A stretch of 64,000 nt of DNA from a virus. The stretch's first letter is position 1. Each line of letters starts with the position of its first letter. The stretch covers positions 96,001 through 160,000 of IMG/VR virus record IMGVR_UViG_3300025121_000776; one strand, 5' to 3'. A program made the translations under genes and the position numbers. Shown here piece after piece: positions 39,444 to 52,271 of this stretch. The notes below the pieces were generated by a model. That model worked only from the letters and a program-made list of their open reading frames with translations, ran no database searches and was not told the origin of the DNA.

Positions 39444-42400
39444 ATGAAAAAAAACACAAGTGAAGTTCTATTAGAAAATCCTGCAGAAAAAGGAAAGACC
39501 AGTCCAGCTGAAAAAATTAGAGTACAACGAATTAGAGTACAACGAATTAGAAATTATCGTGATTTTTTTGGCTCCCCTATTCTTTTAGATTTTTCTACTC
39601 CCAGTGAGAGTGTGAAAACAGCTGCAGTCAAAATTTTAGATGAATTAGAAGAAAAAGCAAGGTTTGAAAGAAAGATGTCAAATCCTTACTATTCTTTTGC
39701 AAACACAAAAAAACGAGCAAGCAATTTAATCAAAAAAATCAGAACACATCCAATAGTGAAGTATCTTGGATTTCGATGATAGAAATTGTTTTTAAACTTT
39801 TTTCCGTGGCGAAAATTGTTTAACGCTCAAATAGAGGGAACATTCTGCTCCCTCTGTTTTTGTTTCATAAAATTTGGTTAATATAAAAAATCTTTATACC
39901 TTTACACAAAATTTTTTATTATGCCAGCAAGAGAAATATTCTTTACATTTGATACAAATGTCAAAGTAAACAAAGAAATTTTAGCACAATTTCAAGATGA
40001 CTTTGAAATATTTTATAATGACGATAATGATAACGTTGAAAAAGCCCTTAGAGAATTTAACTGCACAGAATTTAATAAAGAATTCTTCCAGGAATTTATA
40101 AAAACATTGAAAGGTTTTAATTGCGTAAGCAACGAATTCACTAGAGGAGGTATTAACGGAAAACAAAAAGTCGTTGTAGATTTTATCAATGAAGCTTTAT
40201 TAGACGAAACATCAACTCCCTTAACCACTCTCGGTATCAAATACCTCTACGATGAGTGGAATTACGAAGGCTGTGGCTCAGACGACCATTACTATTATAC
40301 CTACACCGATGTTAAGAAAATGACCAAGAAGTATGTTAAAGAATTTAAGGCCGCTGCAGATAAATTAAGGGGTATGGGAGTTAAAGTTTCTTTTTCTATT
40401 GATGAACAATAAAATATAAATATATGCAAAAATTATCAGAATTTACAACATGGCTTAAGAACGAATACATATATTCTTCAGACGCAATAACGGGGATGGC
40501 TGAAGTATATGAAAAAGCCTATAGTTTAAGAGATTGCTATGAGTCAATTAAATGTGAAGAGAAAATAATAAATTCTTCTGAATGGAAAACATGGATGGAA
40601 GAAAGAGAAGCAGAATATAAAATACTTTCTGAAAAAAACAATACCCCCAGAATCAACTCCAAATCATTTCTCAAACTTTTGCAAAATCACCCAAAGGGGA
40701 AAAAATATAAAATATATCAGCCAGACTCTCTCAAAGTTGCTTGTATATTAAATGAAGAAAAAGATTTTCTTTATTCAATAAATTGTGAAAATTTATTTTC
40801 TGAAAGATATGTAAAAATGAAATATTCATTCAATGCTGAAGGTGGGGCAAATTCTGGATACATGTTAAACAATAGTGATAGAAAAACAGATAAAAATGAA
40901 AAATACAAAAGCTTTTTTGATATTTTTTCAACATCAGATGTTGACCAAATATTTAATGCCGTAGAATTGTTTGAAGAAGAGTATGTGGGACCAAGTACGG
41001 AAGCATATTTAAAATTTATAAAGGACGATTATATTGTTGAAAAACATTCTGATTGGGAAAAAAAATCTTTTAAAAGGCGATTTTACAATAATAAACACAT
41101 GCTTCAAAAAGCTGAAAAATGGCTTACAGAAACTTATAAAGATAATCCAGACAAAATACTGGAAGATTGCTTGGAACCAATGCTTAGAAAAATATATCTG
41201 AACTTAAAAAATAAATAATTATGCCAATATGTTATACCATGTTTACATTTAACAATGAAATTGAAGTAAACGAAGAATTAGTAGAAAAAACAAAAAACCT
41301 GTTCGAAGAAGAAATTCTTGTTGAATATGAATACGAAGAAGTCTGTGTAGAGTTTTTACAAGAATATATTGCAGACCTTTCAATGTGCAAATCATGCAAC
41401 CCTTATCCCTATAACGGAAGTAAAAGAGAATCGGCAATCGCAATGTTTCCCCATTGTCACGGAAATGATGAGTTGGGAAAAATCTTTGGCTTTAAAAAAA
41501 TAAGCGATAAGTGGGAAAATGAAGGAGCTGAAGATTATTACTCTTACACATTTATAGACAGAAAAACAGAAGAAGATAAACTTACAAAAGGATTAAAAAA
41601 AATAATTCAAGATTTAAGAAATCTTGGAAACTCAATAAGTATTGAAATTAACGGCCAAAAAATTTGAAATTTATTATGCATAAAGAAGACAGAATAAAAA
41701 ATTATAATCCATACACCACAGAAAGTGCAAAGTTAGAAAAAAAATTATATGACACTTTACTTGAGCTTACGTCATTTTCTTTTCATGATGCACTTATAGG
41801 TAAAAGTGCATTCGAAGAATATATTAAATATGTTGAAGATTGTATTGATATAAAAGAAATCCCAATCAAATATGGAGAATGGATTCACGAACAATCTTTT
41901 AAATATTACAAAGAATAATTATTTTAAAAACCAACTAATATGCAAAAAGTATTCTCATTAAAACCATCAGACCTCAAAAGTGTTCACGAACTTCAATCAA
42001 TTCTTGATGATGGATATAAAGTGATTTATGTCACCGCCAATCACATTGCAATCGCAGGAGGAGGAGATTCCGTAAACACCTATTCTATAGAAGGTCATAT
42101 AGTTTATATCTTGCAACAATGAGCCACTATCGTCTAAAAACAAAATATAACTCTGAAGGAGCTTATGGCAGTACAGAAGAACATGTTCTTTTCGCTCACC
42201 ATAATCTGTCATGTGATTATGTAACATTCTATGATGAGAACGGAACCTGCATCATGAGCATTCCAGATACAATAGATAATAATCTCCTGGACGCAATTAA
42301 TAAACTCTATGCCCCCTTTGAAAAAGATTCAAAAATAATTGAAGGAGTTGAAACAATGACCAAAGAAGATAGAGAAAAATGTGGACTTTAATATAAAATA

Positions 42401-43202
42401 TGAACCTAAATATAAAATATGAACCTAAATATAAAATATGAACCTATTACAAATTATAATTCCATATAGTGGAGAAGGACCTGGAATAGAATTAAAGAGC
42501 TTCTTTATTTTTTCTTTTATCTTTTTTGCCATTTTTTATGCAATACGAATTTTTTCCTTCCTTATTAAGAAGAAGAAAAATAAATTATTATGTGGAGATA
42601 CTTTTTTTAAGTATGTTATAGCAGATACCGATATAGTATCATTCTTTTTTGTTGTAATAACATCTTCCTGTATACTTTACTGGCTTATAGAACTTTTTAA
42701 CACAATAATCAAATGATAACAATAATTTTTATAATCTTAATCTCATTAATAGCTGCACTAGTTATTGATAAATTCAAAAAACCAAAAAAAAGGGGATGGG
42801 CAAAATCAGATGGAAAAAATTATGTTCCAGCAAAAATTTGTAAACTTATCGCCAGAAGAAAAGGAATCATTCTTGTATAAAGGTTGAAATTCTGGCAAAA
42901 AAAATTAGAAAAAATTTTTTGACTGATGCTGCTAAAGAAAAACTTAAATTAATTCTTATCCCTGTATGAACGATATAACTCAATTAAAAGAATGTCCCCA
43001 TTGTAAATTTAATCTAGACGATGGAGATATATACGAAGTTCTTAGGGGACACGAATCTTATAAAAAATATTCTGATGAAGAAGTAAAACAATTCGCTGGA
43101 CATTATGGATGGACAGAAACAAACAGAATACATGGCTCTAAGTTAATTGGAGTTGACTTGAAATATATGTGCCCGAATTGCAATATGCCAGTAATGGCTT
43201 AA
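39444..43202 (+). CDS. Run of hypothetical ORFs (39444-39779, 39921-40412, 40424-41218, 41221-41667, 41664-41918, 41940-42122, 42119-42391, 42438-42716, 42966-43202)
   Basis: Tightly packed co-oriented ORFs with no recognisable family; 39921 and 41221 look paralogous. Confidence 0.65.
42390..42446 (+). repeat. Perfect 19-bp tandem repeat x3
   Basis: AATATAAAATATGAACCTA at 42390, 42409 and 42428. Confidence 0.95.
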
Positions 43203-43334
43203 ATTCTGATAAAAAAATGGGGGGAAAATTTTTTACCAAGCTGTTTTTAAACCAAACGAAGAGTTATAACTAATTGATAGTCAATATATAAAGGTGGAAA
43301 ACGTTGAAAATTTTGGGATAAAAAAATTGTGCAT

Positions 43335-43500
43335 GGTTCGGGACGGGGGTCATTTAGGGGGTCTAAATAGTGCTTATTAAGGGTACGAAGGGGGCTAATT
43401 AGGGGGTCTATTTAAGCCCCAGCCCCACAGTAAACCCCTTATTTAAGCCCCTTATTTCTTAAGGAGTCTATTGGGTATATGGGGAGTGGTCGGGGGTTTG
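43335..43500. repeat. GC-rich junction with short direct repeats and G/C runs
   Basis: TTAGGGGGTCTA twice (~43354, ~43399); TATTTAAGCCCC twice (43409, 43440). Confidence 0.75.
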
Positions 43501-43676
43501 TTTTTTATATTTTCTAATATGTTTTTATATTCTAATAACAAACTGTCATAAAAAGGCTCATTAATTCCTTTCATTTTATTTAATAAGGTTGCTATTCCGC
43601 AGGTGGCGGGGGTTTCAGTACCATTTCTTAATCCTATAAATTTACCTCTTATCTTTTTTTCTAATATATCAAACAT
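43452..43676 (-). CDS. Hypothetical early protein driven by the inverted copy of the cassette promoter
   Basis: MFDILEKKIRGK...; minus-strand CCCC(43726-29)-N14-TTCTTTATA(43703-11) upstream. Confidence 0.6.
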   Translation of the reverse strand: MFDILEKKIRGKFIGLRNGTETPATCGIATLLNKMKGINEPFYDSLLLEYKNILENIKNKPPTTPHIPNRLLKK

Positions 43677-43790
43677 AATAAAGTTTTTATGGTTTATAAA
43701 TGTATAAAGAATAAAAAGAATAAAAGGGGAAATTTTAGGTTTACCCCTTTTTTTAAAAAGTTTCTTTATATTCGCATAACCAATAAAAAA

Positions 43791-44357
43791 ATGTATATGC
43801 AAAATTCAGATTTATTCAACTTGATTAACAAATTCAACTTTAGTGGCGTTTCTTTTGTATCTTTAAAGAATTATCGTTCTGATAAAAGTGATAACACCGA
43901 AGTTGCCGATATTCTTATTAACGTAGGTATTTCTTACGAAAAATTAAAAGCTGATGACCTTGAAGTTTTACAAGCTACAAAAAGAAGTATTGGCTCATTT
44001 GTTACTGAAAATTTTGGAATAGCAATACTTGAACAAGCTATTGATGAAAAAATACAGTCAATTTTAAAACCAAACGAAAATCGTAGCAATGGGCAAAAAG
44101 ACGCTTTTGTTATTCTTAACAATGGAATGAAATATTGCCCAAACACAGACAGTTTAATTATTAATGGTTCAGTTGTAAGAAAAACTGTAATTGTAAAAGG
44201 CGAATTTAAAGAAGTAAAAAGTAAACCTTTGACTTTAGCAAAAAAACACCTTGACAAAGCACTTGACCTTAAACTTGCAAAATTAAGATATTACAAACTA
44301 AGCAACTTAGGTGCAATAAAAGTAAGCGGGGACACAATCGAAATAACAAAAAGATAA
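43791..44357 (+). CDS. Hypothetical early protein
   Basis: Start moved to the ATG after the promoter; followed by the hairpin AAAAGGGACTGAAAAGTTCCCTTTTT. Confidence 0.7.
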   Translation: MYMQNSDLFNLINKFNFSGVSFVSLKNYRSDKSDNTEVADILINVGISYEKLKADDLEVLQATKRSIGSFVTENFGIAILEQAIDEKIQSILKPNENRSNGQKDAFVILNNGMKYCPNTDSLIINGSVVRKTVIVKGEFKEVKSKPLTLAKKHLDKALDLKLAKLRYYKLSNLGAIKVSGDTIEITKR

Positions 44358-44719
44358 TAAAATAAAAAAGAAAAAGGGACTGAAAAGTTCCCTTTTTTGT
44401 TTATATATTGCTTTATAATAAACGTTCCTATAATAATAAAAGGTTTCCCTATCTTAATTTTTAAATGCTTTAAAACGCTTTAAAACGAGTTTCCCCTTTT
44501 CTCTCCCTTTTTCTTTATAACAACATTAGAAGTTAAACAATAAACAATAAACAAATGAAGAGTATGAAGAAATTATAAAGAAATTTATTTAAAAATAAAT
44601 TTCTCCCCCACTCAAAAGGTGGGGGCTAACTGAATTTATAAACTTTCCCTATGACACAAGATTCCCCCTTTTTCTCAATCTTTTCTTTATATGTTTATAA
44701 CCAATAAAAACATAAAACA

Positions 44720-46486
44720 ATGAATTATTTAAAAATTGTAATTAACGAAACGGCTTGTAACAGTCCAAAAGTATCAGACGATACTCATGTTTTTAATCAA
44801 ATAGTTGAAAAGAAAAAAACCATTGAAGAAGTTGAGGAATTTCTAAAAGACCGTTACGGCAAAGTAATAAGCAAAAAACACAGAGAAAAAAGAGGAGTTT
44901 TTGTTGATGATAAAAACGGACAAGCAAAAAGAGTGGGATTTCTTTTTTCTTTTTGGAACAAAGATTGGTCGCATAATTCAAAAAGTTGGTTTCAAACTGA
45001 TTGGATTGAAATAATGAAAGTTGAAGAACAAGTAGTATTAATATAAAAAGATAAGGGGATTTTCCCCTTTTTTTTATTTTGTTTCTTTATATGTTTATAA
45101 CTAAAATTAAAAGTCATGAAAAAAGTAACAAAAACTTTAAAAGAAAGAGGCGACATAAAACCCGCTACAACTTTAAAAAACGTCTTCAAGAAAGAAGCAA
45201 TTGTAAGTGCTAATGACGCATTTGAATTGGGATTAGCTTTACAAAGCTTATTAGACCACGAAACTGAGTTTTCAAACACAGGAGTTTCTGTAAGTAAAAT
45301 AACAGAAGCAATTGATTTTGTTAAAAGTAATATTCAGCAAGATATTTTTGCATAGTTTCCCCTTTTTTTTCTTTAATTTCTTTATATTATTATGATAATA
45401 ACAATTTGGTTTACATTATTTAAACTTTTGAAAGAAAACAAAAGGCTTTTAAAAGAAGACAAAAAGATTGACAGTATTGCTGTTGAATTGATTAAAAAAC
45501 ACAAAGAAGTAGAAACTGTTTAAAAGAAACAATTATGCAGACGAAAATTAGAGGCAGTACAATTTTAAGTGCTTAAAGTAAAAAAGCAAAAGAAATTTTA
45601 CAAAACAAATTTAAAAAATCTAATTATGCCGAAAAATAAAGGTTCGCCAAGATAACAAAATATCTTTATATGTTTATAACCAATAAAGTCAAATACAAAA
45701 TACAATTTAGACTTGAAAACCCCTCTCACAAAGGGGTTTTGCATTTCCCCTTTTCTTTGTAAATTTCTTTATATGTTTATAACCAATAAAACAAATCAAA
45801 ATGGCAAAAGACAAATTATCAAAAGGACAAAGAAATTTTGTAAACAAATTTATTAATTCTGATGGCAAACTTTCAGAAGAAAAAATGGTAAAAAGGAACA
45901 ATCGTTTTTCTGGCGAAGAAGCCGAATTAAATGAAGTTGCTGCAGAATGTTTTGACTTTGTAATGAAAGTTGAAGACGGTTTAAACAGAAGAAGTGAAGC
46001 TATTTTAAAAGCTATCCACCCCGACCTTAAACTTTCAAACGCAGTGCAAAAGTTTGATATGGCTCGTATGACTGTTTTAGCCTTTGATTCTGAAGCTTAC
46101 ATGACTTTATTAGATTAAAAGAAAGGGGAGTTTCCCCTTTTCTCTCCCTTTTTCTTTATATGTTTATATAACCAATAAAACCAAATCAAATGCCAAATCA
46201 AGTAGCTCAAATAATCAGACAACAACTTTATGCAGGTGGACGTATTAAAGTTTTCACTTGGGGTGCTAATGCTTGGAGGGCAGGAGAAAATTTTTTACAT
46301 TTTAGAGTTACAGGGAAGTTATTTCGTGGGGTTGTTAGAATAACTTTAAACTCAATGGATTTATACGATATAAAACTAATGAAAGTAAGCGGCGAAGTTG
46401 TAAAAGAAATAAATGGAATTTACAACGACCAACTTACTGATGTAATTGATAACGCAATTGAAAGAGTTCCCGAATATAAATTTTAA
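44720..46486 (+). CDS. Cassette ORFs 44720-45046, 45116-45355, 45801-46118, 46190-46486 (hypothetical)
   Basis: Each begins 20-40 nt after a cassette promoter. Confidence 0.7.
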
Positions 46487-46799
46487 AAACTGGGGGTTTC
46501 CCTTTTTTCTACAAATTTCTTTATATGTTTATAACCAAAAATTAAAAACCAATGATGATAATTTTATTCAGAGAAAGCAGAAGAGTATTAACTCTTAAAG
46601 AGTACAATGAAAGTCGCACAGTGTTAGGAGTTTTAAGCGGTAAAGAATACAGACGACAAAGGCGTAAAGATAAAAGAAAATAGTTTTTTCAATTGCATGT
46701 TTTCATTTTTTGATGTTAAAATTGGTTAAAGGGGAAAATGGACATTCCCCTTTTTCTTTTTTATTTCTTTATATGTTTATAACCAACAAACCAAAGATT

Positions 46800-46979
46800 A
46801 TGGCAAAGAAGAAAAAAAACAAAAAAGAAGTCTCCCTTGATGATTATATAAAAGCTAATCGTAGGGGTTCACGTGAAGCTGAATTAGAATTCGCAAATGG
46901 TTTCAGAGCCGTACACAAAACTCATAAAAGCAAAAAAACTTATGCAAGAAAAGGCAAACACAAAGAGGTTTTTGCATAG
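46800..46979 (+). CDS. Small basic protein with an ArfA/BrfA-like C-terminal motif
   Basis: 59 aa, ...RAVHKTHKSKKTYARKGKHKEVFA; start moved to ATG 46800. Confidence 0.55.
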   Translation: MAKKKKNKKEVSLDDYIKANRRGSREAELEFANGFRAVHKTHKSKKTYARKGKHKEVFA

Positions 46980-47037
46980 AGGAAGTCTCCCCCTTTTCTC
47001 AGAATATTTCTTTATATGTTTATAAACCAATAAAATT

Positions 47038-50000
47038 ATGGAAAAATCATCCAAAAAAAGCGAAAACAAATGCACTAATACAACATTAGTTTCTGGACTT
47101 GTTACGGTTTTAAAAACACCCATAACAGAAAGGTATTGTAAAGTTGGCGACATAGCAACATTAGATATGAAAAATAAACAAATTAGATGTGGCGGTGCTT
47201 GGTTTAATTTTGATGAACGTTGGACTGTTCAATCTTGCAACTACAAATTGTTATTAGATACTTTTAAACAATCCCCTTTTTTCTTTTAAAGTTTCTTTAT
47301 ATAATAAAAAATATTATGGCAGGACATTTTCCACTTAGTAAAATTGATGAACCTCGAATATTTAGATTGGTCGATAAAATCAAAAATTTAATTATTTCAA
47401 ATGGTTCAGTTATTAAAGACTTTGAAAAATTCAAAATTACAGTTGGAAAAAATTCTGTTTATGAAATAATGAAACTCTCAAAAGATTATGTTGAAAATCC
47501 TATAAAAGAATTTGCATTTAATGTTGGAAAATTTTCTCTTGAAAGTATTACTGATGAACATCCTTCGCTTACAAAAAATATTAGTCTTGAATGTCATTTT
47601 CTAATAACTGAAAAAACAGTTATTAAAAAAATTATTATAAAAGATATATTTTGGGTAGCTTAATTCCCCTTTTCTCTATAAGTTTCTTTATATGTTTGTA
47701 ACCAACAAATTAAAAATTATGAAAATTATATTACAATATACTTGCGTTGCTTATTATACCAATAATACTAAAAAGACTTTAATTTGTAAAGCTGACTTTG
47801 AAAATTTCAACTTATCATTAAACAACTTTAATGAAAAAGTTATTGATTGGAACAGACAAGGACAAAACATGAAACAAATACAAAGCAAAGTAACTCCAAT
47901 TTTGGGCTATGATTATTTCACAACTCCCGAACAACATATTGAAAATATGCGAATAACTAAAACTAAACAATATCCAATTTCAACAGCACCTAAAATTACT
48001 TGCCCCAACTGTAATTTTAAATTTTAACAATATTCCCCCTTTTCTCCCCAGATTTCTTTATAAAAACAAAACAAAAAAGATTATGACAATAGCAATTTAC
48101 ATAGTGATTTCAATAATATCTTTTTGTTTAGGATATTATTTCTGTAAAAAAAGATACAATGTAAAAGGACTTATTAGACTTGCAGATTGTCAAGCTGATT
48201 TTATTGCAGGGGATATAACAAGAGAAAGAGCTTTAGAAATAATAAATGAAATTGAAAAATAACATATTGACAGGAAAGATTTAGTTTATTGGTTTGAAGA
48301 AGGGGGCTTGATTCCCCCTTTTTCATTTTGTTTTCTTTATATTCATAATTCAATTAAATAAATAAAAGCGATGGATGAAATTATAAAAGAAGCACTTATT
48401 AATTATTATAAAAATACTGATAATATTGATAAGTATGGGCAATTAAACATTTTCTATATGCAAGCTTTTTATTTTATTAAGGATGAACTTTTGAGAAATA
48501 AAGTAATTGAGTTCATAAAAGAAGGAAAAAGTAAATTAGTAAAATTTCAAACTTATGGTGGTAGATTTGGAGTTTATGAAGCAATTGCTATAATTGACAA
48601 CAAACTTAATAGCGAGCTATCAATTGCTCTACGTTCAAATGAAACTTACAAAGAAAAAATGAGACATTGATAAACTTCCCCTTTTCTTTACAAATTTCTT
48701 TATATGTTTATAAATCAAAAAAGCTTAAAATGAAAACAATTATAATAAACTACAAAGATTTTGTTGAAAGCATGAATGACAACAAAAGAGTTGAGAAAGT
48801 TTTAACAGCTTTGCAGACTGCAAAAGTAGAGGAACAGAACCCAAACATGATTATTGTAAACTACTCAGACGAGGGCTACGCTTTGTTTAATGTTATAAAG
48901 ATAGAAAACGAAATGAGATATGTACAGTCAAATGGAACGGCTGCATAAACTCTCCCCCTTTTCTTTGGGGTTTTCTTTATATGTTTATAACCAATAAAAA
49001 ACTAAAGTCATGAATGAAGTATCAAATGAAAAATTTAAAATAGAATTTTATAGTTCAGAAGGTGACAGTCGTACATGGGATAACCTTACAAAAATGGTTT
49101 GTTGTCATGGCAAATACCGTTTAGGGGATAAGCATGATTATAATAGTAATGACTTTGATTCATGGGAAGATTTTAAAAAAGCTATTATTAAAAACGAAAA
49201 GGCTGTAATTATTAAACCGCTTTACATATACGACCATGGCGGTATAACTATTGCTACTTCTCCATTTTCTTGCAGATGGGATAGTGGACAAGTTGGGTTT
49301 GTTTTTGTGACAAGAGAAACAATGTTAAAAGAATATGGTATTAAAAGAATAACCAAAAAGTATATTGAACAAGCAACCAAAGTATTAGGTGGTGAAGTTG
49401 AAACATACAAACAAGAAGTTGAAGGTGACGTTTGGGGTTTTAATTCTGAAAATCTTGAAACTGGCGAAACTGATAGTTGCGGAGGATTTTATGGAAGTGA
49501 TTTTTGGGCAAATGGAATGACAGACCATATAAATGATGAAATAATTGAAGGTTTAAGAAGTGAATTAGAAGCTGAATTTGGAAAAGAGAAAAAATAAAGG
49601 AGGGGGAATTCCCCCTTTTCTCAGAATATTTCTTTATATAAACATAACCAATAAAAAACCAAAGTTATGAATATAGTAATAGTTGATAATTTTAAAACCG
49701 ATGTAATGTTCAGAAAAGATATTACAAAAGATTTCAAAGGTACAATATTTGCAGTATTTCCTCACGAAGTTGATAATTACAGAGGGGATATTATGACCTA
49801 TCAACACGTAGGACAGCATAGTTCTGGGGATTATCAAGTTTGTTTACAACAATCAAAACCAGCAACCGTAGAAGAAAGTGCAGACTTAAAACGTGAAATG
49901 GAAGGCTTAGGATATGATTTAAACATAGTTCGCAGACAGAATCGAGATAAATACTTAAAAGAGTACAAAAGGGTTAATAAGGCTTAAAAAGAGCTGAGGG

Positions 50001-51817
50001 GAATTTTCCCCTTTTTTTGATTTATTTCTTTATATAATTATAATCAACAAATAAAAATTATGGCTTATTATATTACAATTTACAAACAAAAAAAATGTGG
50101 TGATAAGTTTAAAGTTAAAGCAAACGTAAAATTTGTGAAACAAGTTGTTCGTAACCCCTTTAGTGAATACGGAAGGATTGCAACTGAAAACTTTATGAAA
50201 CTATTTTCAGCAAGTCTTAATGAACCTGTGAAACTTTCAAAAAAGACGATTGAAAAAGCAATTGAAAATTACTCAAAACAAGCAAGTGATTTTAGGTGCT
50301 ATAATTCAAAGTTTTTACCAATACTAAAAACAAGCAGTATTTTCAATTTTCTTAATCGAATAAAATACGATTATTACATTGTGGGAAATTAATTTCCCCT
50401 TTTTTTGATTTATTTCTTTATATAATAAAATAAGAAGCCATGATAAAAGTAACAGCTACAGGAACACAAGAGTTTGAGATGATTAATGCAAAACTTGATA
50501 AACTTCCTTTTTTAATTCGTGAACAGATTGAGAGTGCTGAGAAAGCCCCTACGCATGACGGAATTATTTGTAAGCTTAAAAGTTCTAAAATTAATGACCA
50601 AAACATTTGTCTACCAAAATCAGGCGTCCAACAAATTCTTGAAAGTGATAGAATAATAACAATCATAATTGATAATTATGCCTTTATTTTTAAAATTCAA
50701 AGATTTGAACAAAATATTTCTTTTATGTTTAATCAATAATTCTCCCCCTTTTTCTTTTTGGTTTCTTTATATGTTTATAAAACCAATAACCATGAAAAAT
50801 AATATCAAAAAAAACAGAATACTTTTTATTGAGGGTGCAAAGAAAATAATTGCAAATTTGGGTGCAAAAATTATAAGTTTACCTACTTTTGCATGTGAAA
50901 ATACAAAGTACTTATTAAAGACAAAAACAAATGTTTTAAACATTATTCTATATGAGGAAAATCATCAAGAATTTCTTTATTCAGTATTTTGCAGATTTGA
51001 AACCCCTTGCAAAGAAGCAAACAATCAACATTCGGGAAAGCATAATTTTCATCTTGCAAGTAAACTCCCTATACCCGAAATATTAAAAGAATTAGAAAAT
51101 CACTTAAAAAATGCAATTGAAGTTTAAGGGGAACTCTCCCCCTTTTTCTTTTTATTTTCTTTATATAAATAAAAATAAACGAATATGAGAAACATTTTTA
51201 ATACCATAGTAACAACCAAAAGACACAGAGAAATTGGTTATTGTGAATCTTCAGATTTTGGCAAAATTGAACTTATTGCTTTAGAATCAAGTGAAAAGGA
51301 ATTAATTGTTTCCTTTAATGATTATAAAGATAAAAAAGAGTTTATTGCTTTTGAAGGTCATGCTTACGCAAAAGTAAATAAAAGCTCTTATTTTGGTGGA
51401 ATGTCAAGAGAAGAAGAAGGAAGTTGGGCGAAAAAGCAAGGCAAGTTTTCAGAAAGAACTGCAATCAAATTACTTTTAGAATTAAGGAAACGATTTGAAA
51501 ACACGTTTTCAAATGTTAGTTCTGCAAAATATATTCTAATTGATAGAACTCTTTATGTTCAATATTGTAAACTCAAAGACCTTGCAATTACAGTTTGCGG
51601 AAACATGTTGTTTGCTCATTGGATAAGCATTAATATTGAATGTCATGAAGGTAAAGAAAATATAAAGCTTAATAAAAGCAATTTTGAAAAGATTGTTAAA
51701 GCACAATATGAAAGATGGAAACAGGGCAACCCCAAAACCAAAAGTATTGATGGTCATACTCACAGTTGTTTCTCAAAACCAACTAATGTAAAATGGGGTG
51801 AAAAGTTTGTTGCTTAA
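47038..51817 (+). CDS. Cassette ORFs 47038-47289, 47316-47663, 47719-48027, 48083-48262, 48371-48670, 48730-48948, 49010-49597, 49667-49987, 50060-50392, 50440-50739, 50792-51127, 51185-51817 (hypothetical)
   Basis: One ORF per promoter element; several track starts corrected to the ATG downstream of the element. Confidence 0.7.
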
Positions 51818-51876
51818 TTTTCCCCTTTTCTCCCTACTTTTCTTTATATCTTCATAACCAATAAATTTAAAAAGCC

Positions 51877-52213
51877 ATGAAAACAATAAACAAAATTATT
51901 ACCAAAGTTGATACAAGTCGAGGTGCACCAATAATTCCGTCATGCGTAGGGGCTTTCTCAGCACTCTCAATCTGTTCACGAATTTTTATCAAGTTTTGCA
52001 TTAATCATCTCAAACTCTTGTGTTCCTGTGGGCAGGAGTAATGTTGGAACTGAGAAAGACGCAAAAGGCAAAAGAATTTTTGATTGTGCTGTACCAATGA
52101 GTTCAGACGGTGCATACGATTCTAAAGGAGCATATTTTGGAATTGGAAGACAATTAAGGGTTAAATATACAAAAGATTTAACTTTTATAAAGTTTTATAG
52201 AAGGGGAGAATAA
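51877..52213 (+). pseudogene. Cassette gene split by a 97-bp antisense insertion
   Basis: Removing 51933-52029 restores ...SRGAP-ATG-GRSNVG... as one 79-aa ORF; as written it is frameshifted. Confidence 0.8.
51933..52029 (-). repeat. Inverted duplication of 50458-50565 lacking 11 internal nt (50503-50513)
   Basis: Exact reverse-complement match in two blocks (52 and 45 nt), verified base by base at the junctions. Confidence 0.92.
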
Positions 52214-52271
52214 TTCCCCTTTTTTTAAAACTTTTTCTTTATATCTTTATAACCAATAAAAATCTAAAACC

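Noticed and set aside
39515-39551. 15-bp coding tandem repeat (RVQRI x2)
   Set aside because: In-frame slippage duplication with no further structure
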